Of a DNA stretch of 64,000 nt, positions 60,035 through 64,000 are shown one piece after another (positions within the stretch are counted from its first letter, which is position 1; each line of letters opens with the position of its first letter). The notes below the pieces were generated by a model. It was not told the DNA's origin. It was given only the letters and a program-made list of their open reading frames with translations, and made no database searches. The position numbers and the translations under genes are program-made. This stretch comes from a virus (Duplodnaviria > Caudoviricetes), in IMG/VR virus record IMGVR_UViG_3300042469_000933, positions 466 through 64,465 of that record; one strand, given 5' to 3'.

Positions 60035-61879
60035 TTATTTGATGCGCCTGATGCGCCCGATTACGTTGGTGATGTTGACGTTGTTTCCGGCAGCCTCTGA
60101 AGCGTATCGAAGCCGAACAACTCCCGAAGAAGTTGCGATCATACGTACTTGAACAATGCCCAAGCAATTCGACCCAAGGGATGACGATGATGTCCTGCCA
60201 CCGTTGTACGCAACAAACTGACTTACGCCCCTGTCGCTGGGTTGAGTGTCATACTGAACAACACCGGCGATGTAACTGGTTGTCGCGGTTCCGTTAATCG
60301 AAAGCCAAATGCCAACGGCTGTTGCTGCCGTCCCATACGTTACAGCATACTCTATTTCATACTCGCCAGCAGCTGGAATGACAACATCCGTTCCGCTAAC
60401 GTCAACAAGGGTTACCAAGTTGGTATTCTGAAATCCACCGCTGTAGCTGAGGAGGGCTGAACCAAAGGCATCCCCTTGCCTACCAATGGTGTTGGCAACC
60501 ACACGTCCGCGGAGCAGCGTTATGCTCCCGCTCGTTGCGTGGTTGGTAACGAACAGGGCCACCTCATCGTTGGGCGCAAGGCTTATCATCCAATTGGTGA
60601 CCAACTTGGCAAAGGTTGCGCTTGTTCCTGTTGAGGCGCGGCACTCGCTTTCGTCAATAGGCACACCATTTTTCGCAAGTTTGATGCCCAGCACTTTGTT
60701 GTTGCCCGCATCAATGTCTGTGCTTCCGTATACTTCCACAAGAATCGTTTCCGCCGATGTGTTCTTCAACGCAAATGTGTCCGTAGTTCCAAGGCCAAAA
60801 CCGAAAGCGTTAGAGTCAAACGTAGCCGACAGCCCTGTGCTTTGATAGGTTCCCGCAACCGCAATGTTGATTGTCCCGTTTGATTGCCTTGAACATTGCC
60901 CGTAGTAGGCGGTACCGAATCCATCCGCGCCATCAGCGCCGTCGGCCCCGTCAGCGCCGTTGGCCCCAGGCGCTCCGTCAGCGCCGTCCGCCCCATCGGT
61001 GCCGTCTGCTCCATCGGCGCCTTTCTGCGCGAGCAGCGTCCAATACGGACTGACAGCCGAAGGCGTATCCCCGACATTGCCGCCATGCGCATCCGTGCGG
61101 TACCAGGTCTCGCCGCCATAGGTGGCGACATCGCCGATGGCGTAGGAATCACCGGCGCCATAAGCGCCACGGAAATTCCAGAGCGCGTCAGCACCCGGAG
61201 GGCCAACAAGTGTTCCAACCAGTGATGTTCTGACGAATGGGTCTGTGGCCGTATCAAGGATGAGGCTCGCATCGTCAGCGTCCACGTCTTGCGGGACGCC
61301 CACTCCCGAACCGATCGCCCTGCCCTTGACGCAACCCTCTGGCATTACAGCCATTTTCGCATTGCCAACAGCACCTGGATTGATAGTGATGGCAGTGCCT
61401 GTACCACTCACCGTGACATCACCGTAGTTCGCATCCACAAGCGATGCCCCGCTTCCTGATACCGGAACGTAGCGAAGCAGGTGCGCAATGTCATTAAGGG
61501 CATTGGTAGCCCCATCGACCGGATCTTGCCAAGAGGGTTGGTTCGCAACCAGCAGCAAGGCGATCTCGTAGGTATCCCGGCCCAGCGCTTCCCTTGCTTC
61601 TCCGGAAAGGAATAGCGTGAGCACGAACCCTAATGGTGGGGCTATGACATCAGTAGGGTTGAGGGGAGCTGTCCCAGCCTCTGCCTTGATGATGTCGTTG
61701 CCGTTGAAGGCAATCATCATTCCAGCTGCGGAAATGGAGATCCGCGATGAGCTGACGGCAACCGTGATGGATTCAAATGGTTCGACCGCCGTATCAGTAG
61801 AAGGGGTTGGTTGCTCTGGAGCCTGCTGCTCGGTCAGCCGGCCAAAGAGGTACCGGTTCGATCGGTCGAAGTAGTTCAT
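60035..61879 (-). CDS. collagen-like tail fiber/spike protein
   Basis: (GAD)n collagen repeat, a CBM5/12-like YAIGDVATYGGETW...YWTLL module, and two C-terminal beta-sandwich (BclA/C1q-like) domains. Confidence 0.75.
   Translation of the reverse strand: MNYFDRSNRYLFGRLTEQQAPEQPTPSTDTAVEPFESITVAVSSSRISISAAGMMIAFNGNDIIKAEAGTAPLNPTDVIAPPLGFVLTLFLSGEAREALGRDTYEIALLLVANQPSWQDPVDGATNALNDIAHLLRYVPVSGSGASLVDANYGDVTVSGTGTAITINPGAVGNAKMAVMPEGCVKGRAIGSGVGVPQDVDADDASLILDTATDPFVRTSLVGTLVGPPGADALWNFRGAYGAGDSYAIGDVATYGGETWYRTDAHGGNVGDTPSAVSPYWTLLAQKGADGADGTDGADGADGAPGANGADGADGADGADGFGTAYYGQCSRQSNGTINIAVAGTYQSTGLSATFDSNAFGFGLGTTDTFALKNTSAETILVEVYGSTDIDAGNNKVLGIKLAKNGVPIDESECRASTGTSATFAKLVTNWMISLAPNDEVALFVTNHATSGSITLLRGRVVANTIGRQGDAFGSALLSYSGGFQNTNLVTLVDVSGTDVVIPAAGEYEIEYAVTYGTAATAVGIWLSINGTATTSYIAGVVQYDTQPSDRGVSQFVAYNGGRTSSSSLGSNCLGIVQVRMIATSSGVVRLRYASEAAGNNVNITNVIGRIRRIK
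60922..61022. repeat. 9-bp tandem repeat encoding Gly-X-Y collagen triplets
   Basis: GADGADGTDGADGADGAPGANGADGADGADGADG. Confidence 0.85.
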
Positions 61880-62442
61880 GATCGTATGGGGCTTTCGAAT
61901 TTCCGTGGGCTGTAGTTCTTACCGACCTTCCGAAGCTTCTCGTCGTTGATCATGGTGTTGATTTCCTTCTCTGCAGCGTAGAGCTTCTTGCCACGCTCAA
62001 TGGCTTGGAACGGATCAGCCTGGTCAGCACCGAAGCCGGTCTCTGAAAGTTCGTCCTTCAGACGCTCCACGGTTTCGATCAAGCCGATGTACATCCGCTC
62101 TCCGGGTGTAAGCACCAGGCGAACGTACTTGTCGCGAAGACGTTCGAACCGGGCATCCTTGCTGGCGTGAGAGAGCCAGTTCTTCTCCAGGATTCGGGGG
62201 TCCTTCATTGTCATTTTGATGCGCTCAGCTTCTGGTAGCTTCCGGTAGATGCTACGTGGCGAGTACATCATGTGGAGATACAGACCTGTGTCCAGCGCTC
62301 GCTGTCGCTGCCCTTCAAACATTGGGACCATGGCCAGAAAGTCCGGATCCTGTTTGAATTGGTCGTGGAAGTACACACGACTGTTCTGGTACATGATGGG
62401 TTCGTCAGTGACGACGACCACCGGTTTCAGCTCTTCTGACAT
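61876..62442 (-). CDS. conserved crAss-like protein, candidate terminase small subunit
   Basis: Helical, with YLHMMYSPRSIY..LPE.ER, and located upstream of the packaging genes. The function is inferred. Confidence 0.45.
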   Translation of the reverse strand: MSEELKPVVVVTDEPIMYQNSRVYFHDQFKQDPDFLAMVPMFEGQRQRALDTGLYLHMMYSPRSIYRKLPEAERIKMTMKDPRILEKNWLSHASKDARFERLRDKYVRLVLTPGERMYIGLIETVERLKDELSETGFGADQADPFQAIERGKKLYAAEKEINTMINDEKLRKVGKNYSPRKFESPIRS

Positions 62443-62687
62443 GGACGCAGTTCTTTGGTGTGGAACAGCTTGCGCTGGGGCTTACCATCGGCGTCCACCC
62501 ACCGGCAGCGTACACCGAGCGTACGGACCATGAGCTTGCCGGTCTTCTTGTCGATCTTGGTCTTGTGCCGCTTGCGCTCGATCCGGTCCACGAACATCTG
62601 AAGCCCGGACGCGATGTGCTCAACGGTCATGGCGGGCTTGATCCAGTATTTGCCCAAGCCGCCTTCTTTGGGTGATGTCGTTTCCAT
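62427..62687 (-). CDS. small DUF2158/YodC-like protein
   Basis: M.V...VRCRWVD..G..Q...F.TKEL pattern. Confidence 0.55.
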   Translation of the reverse strand: METTSPKEGGLGKYWIKPAMTVEHIASGLQMFVDRIERKRHKTKIDKKTGKLMVRTLGVRCRWVDADGKPQRKLFHTKELRPCQKS

Positions 62688-62710
62688 GCGGCCAAGGTAA
62701 AAAGAATGCC

Positions 62711-63283
62711 CTATGTGACCGGCGAGAGCACGAACTTGATGTAGCGGTCAGCGAAGCTTGGCACCTCCACGAACTCCTTGGACTCTTTCACGACGTAGCG
62801 CACGGTGTCATTCTTCAGCAGACCGTACTCCTGAGCCGCATCCAGGAACATCTTCATCCAGATCCACTGGTTGTCAATGTCCCAATTCGGCTCGGTCACA
62901 TCTTCTCCACCGGCGACCAGCAACCCCTTCTTCGTCTTGCGCATTCCGACGCTACCGTAGCCCACGTGCACGGCAAACACCATGCGCACGTACCAACGAT
63001 GTGCCGAGGTATCAATGCCACAGGCGTCGGTGACGTGCTTCATGGCCTCAATGACCGGCTTGAGCTCTGCCCGAATGTTTTCGTTCACAATGCCAAGGGC
63101 AAAGCGCTGAAGGCCTCCATACACTACGCTGTTGCCACCGACTTTCACATACTTGTTTACCGCGAACTTGTTGTCCGTCTTGGCTACGTGTGTGGCGAAC
63201 CGGGACCACTGTGCGCCGAACGCATGGGTTTCCGGGTTAGCCTTGGCAACGACCCGGTTCAGTTCGTCATGATACAGACTCAT
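62711..63283 (-). CDS. RusA-like Holliday junction resolvase
   Basis: WDIDN....K.FLD.....GLL.ND matches the RusA DxDNxxK..D catalytic motif. Confidence 0.7.
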   Translation of the reverse strand: MSLYHDELNRVVAKANPETHAFGAQWSRFATHVAKTDNKFAVNKYVKVGGNSVVYGGLQRFALGIVNENIRAELKPVIEAMKHVTDACGIDTSAHRWYVRMVFAVHVGYGSVGMRKTKKGLLVAGGEDVTEPNWDIDNQWIWMKMFLDAAQEYGLLKNDTVRYVVKESKEFVEVPSFADRYIKFVLSPVT

Positions 63284-63875
63284 TGCAATTCAGCTTGAAA
63301 ACGCCGAAATAGCCGGTCAATGCGTTGTTGGCATTGAGAAGCTTGTAGGCCCTGACGTGGACCTTGATTACCTCATTCGTGTCTGTTCGGAAAGAGAAGC
63401 ATTCATCGAAGTCGCGGCCGTCAGAAATGGCCTGGTTCCATTCATGAAAGATCTCCTCACGTTCTTCGTCCTCGATCCAGGAGACCCAGGAGTTGCCACG
63501 CAGTTCATGTTCTGAACGGCGAAGGGACTTGCAGAGAGAGCTGGAGATATCAAACCACCTTCCGTATTGGTCCGCATGAAAGGAGCCTTCGTGGAAGATG
63601 GCCGGGATGATCTGACTACTGATCAGCTGTCGCTCTTCAATGCGCTTGATGGCATCCTTGACGGACGAACCTCCGTTTGTTGTCAGCTCCTGTCTGATGG
63701 ACTGAACCGATTCAGCCAGTTGTGGTAGAAGAAGCACCGCGGCGAACTGCGCCTTCAGGCTTTGTGCCATGGGTCGAATGACCCTGATGTATACTGGGTA
63801 AATGGCTATTGCCGACGCTACGATCACGCCCCATGATTCCCAGTCTTGCAGCGTCAAACCGAAGTAGTTGCTCAT
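63267..63875 (-). CDS. membrane-anchored PAS-domain protein
   Basis: N-terminal TM, the ELTTNGGSSVKD motif, then PAS-like F.AD..G...S..LC..L......L.G..W...I..E.RE....W......F...F.F...Y.G. Confidence 0.7.
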   Translation of the reverse strand: MSNYFGLTLQDWESWGVIVASAIAIYPVYIRVIRPMAQSLKAQFAAVLLLPQLAESVQSIRQELTTNGGSSVKDAIKRIEERQLISSQIIPAIFHEGSFHADQYGRWFDISSSLCKSLRRSEHELRGNSWVSWIEDEEREEIFHEWNQAISDGRDFDECFSFRTDTNEVIKVHVRAYKLLNANNALTGYFGVFKLNCNESVS

Positions 63876-63881
63876 GGGATG

Positions 63882-63926
63882 CAAACGTAGGAATTTGGAA
63901 GTTGCAAAGCCACGCCCTTACATTTG
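63882..63926. promoter_or_regulatory. divergent Bacteroidota-type promoters
   Basis: Minus strand: TTTG-N15-TACGTTTG, 6 nt before ATG 63875. Plus strand: TTTG-N21-TACATTTG (63894-63926). Confidence 0.6.
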
Positions 63927-64000
63927 TCGCGAATGGGGTTGCGGCCTGTTCACTGTACGATCGACTTGTTGGACTGCCTGGGAGGGCTCCCAACTGTGAA

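Noticed and set aside
1-64000. Stop-codon reassignment as in some crAss-like phages
   Set aside because: Genes are full length and tightly packed in code 11, TAA, TAG and TGA all serve as real stops, and no suppressor tRNA was recognised.

Overview
The window is a gene-dense part of a crAss-like (Crassvirales-related) podovirus genome in standard genetic code. The host is probably Bacteroidota: start codons lack Shine-Dalgarno sites and follow A/C-rich 'aaccATG/gccATG' contexts, and TAnnTTTG promoter elements are present. The + strand block (1-11.4 kb) holds the end of a TOPRIM primase, a PRTRC-type prokaryotic ubiquitin-like cassette (E, Ubl C, F-like, E2-like B, ThiF/E1), many small accessory genes, a PAPS-reductase-family protein, a Cas4-like nuclease and two small Ig-like genes. 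The - strand block (63.9 kb down to 11.5 kb) is the late/virion region: PAS membrane protein, RusA-like resolvase, collagen tail fiber, lysis genes, terminase, portal, scaffold, major capsid, ring and tail proteins, tail nozzle, two cargo proteins, a 6102-aa virion RNA polymerase polyprotein and two Cys-rich fiber-like proteins. The best leads are the phage-encoded ubiquitin-like conjugation cassette, the RNAP polyprotein in which two zincin motifs bracket the polymerase, and a cargo protein divided by repeated Y/F-x-x-G-G motifs. All family calls come from motif recognition by eye and gene order; no database search was run.
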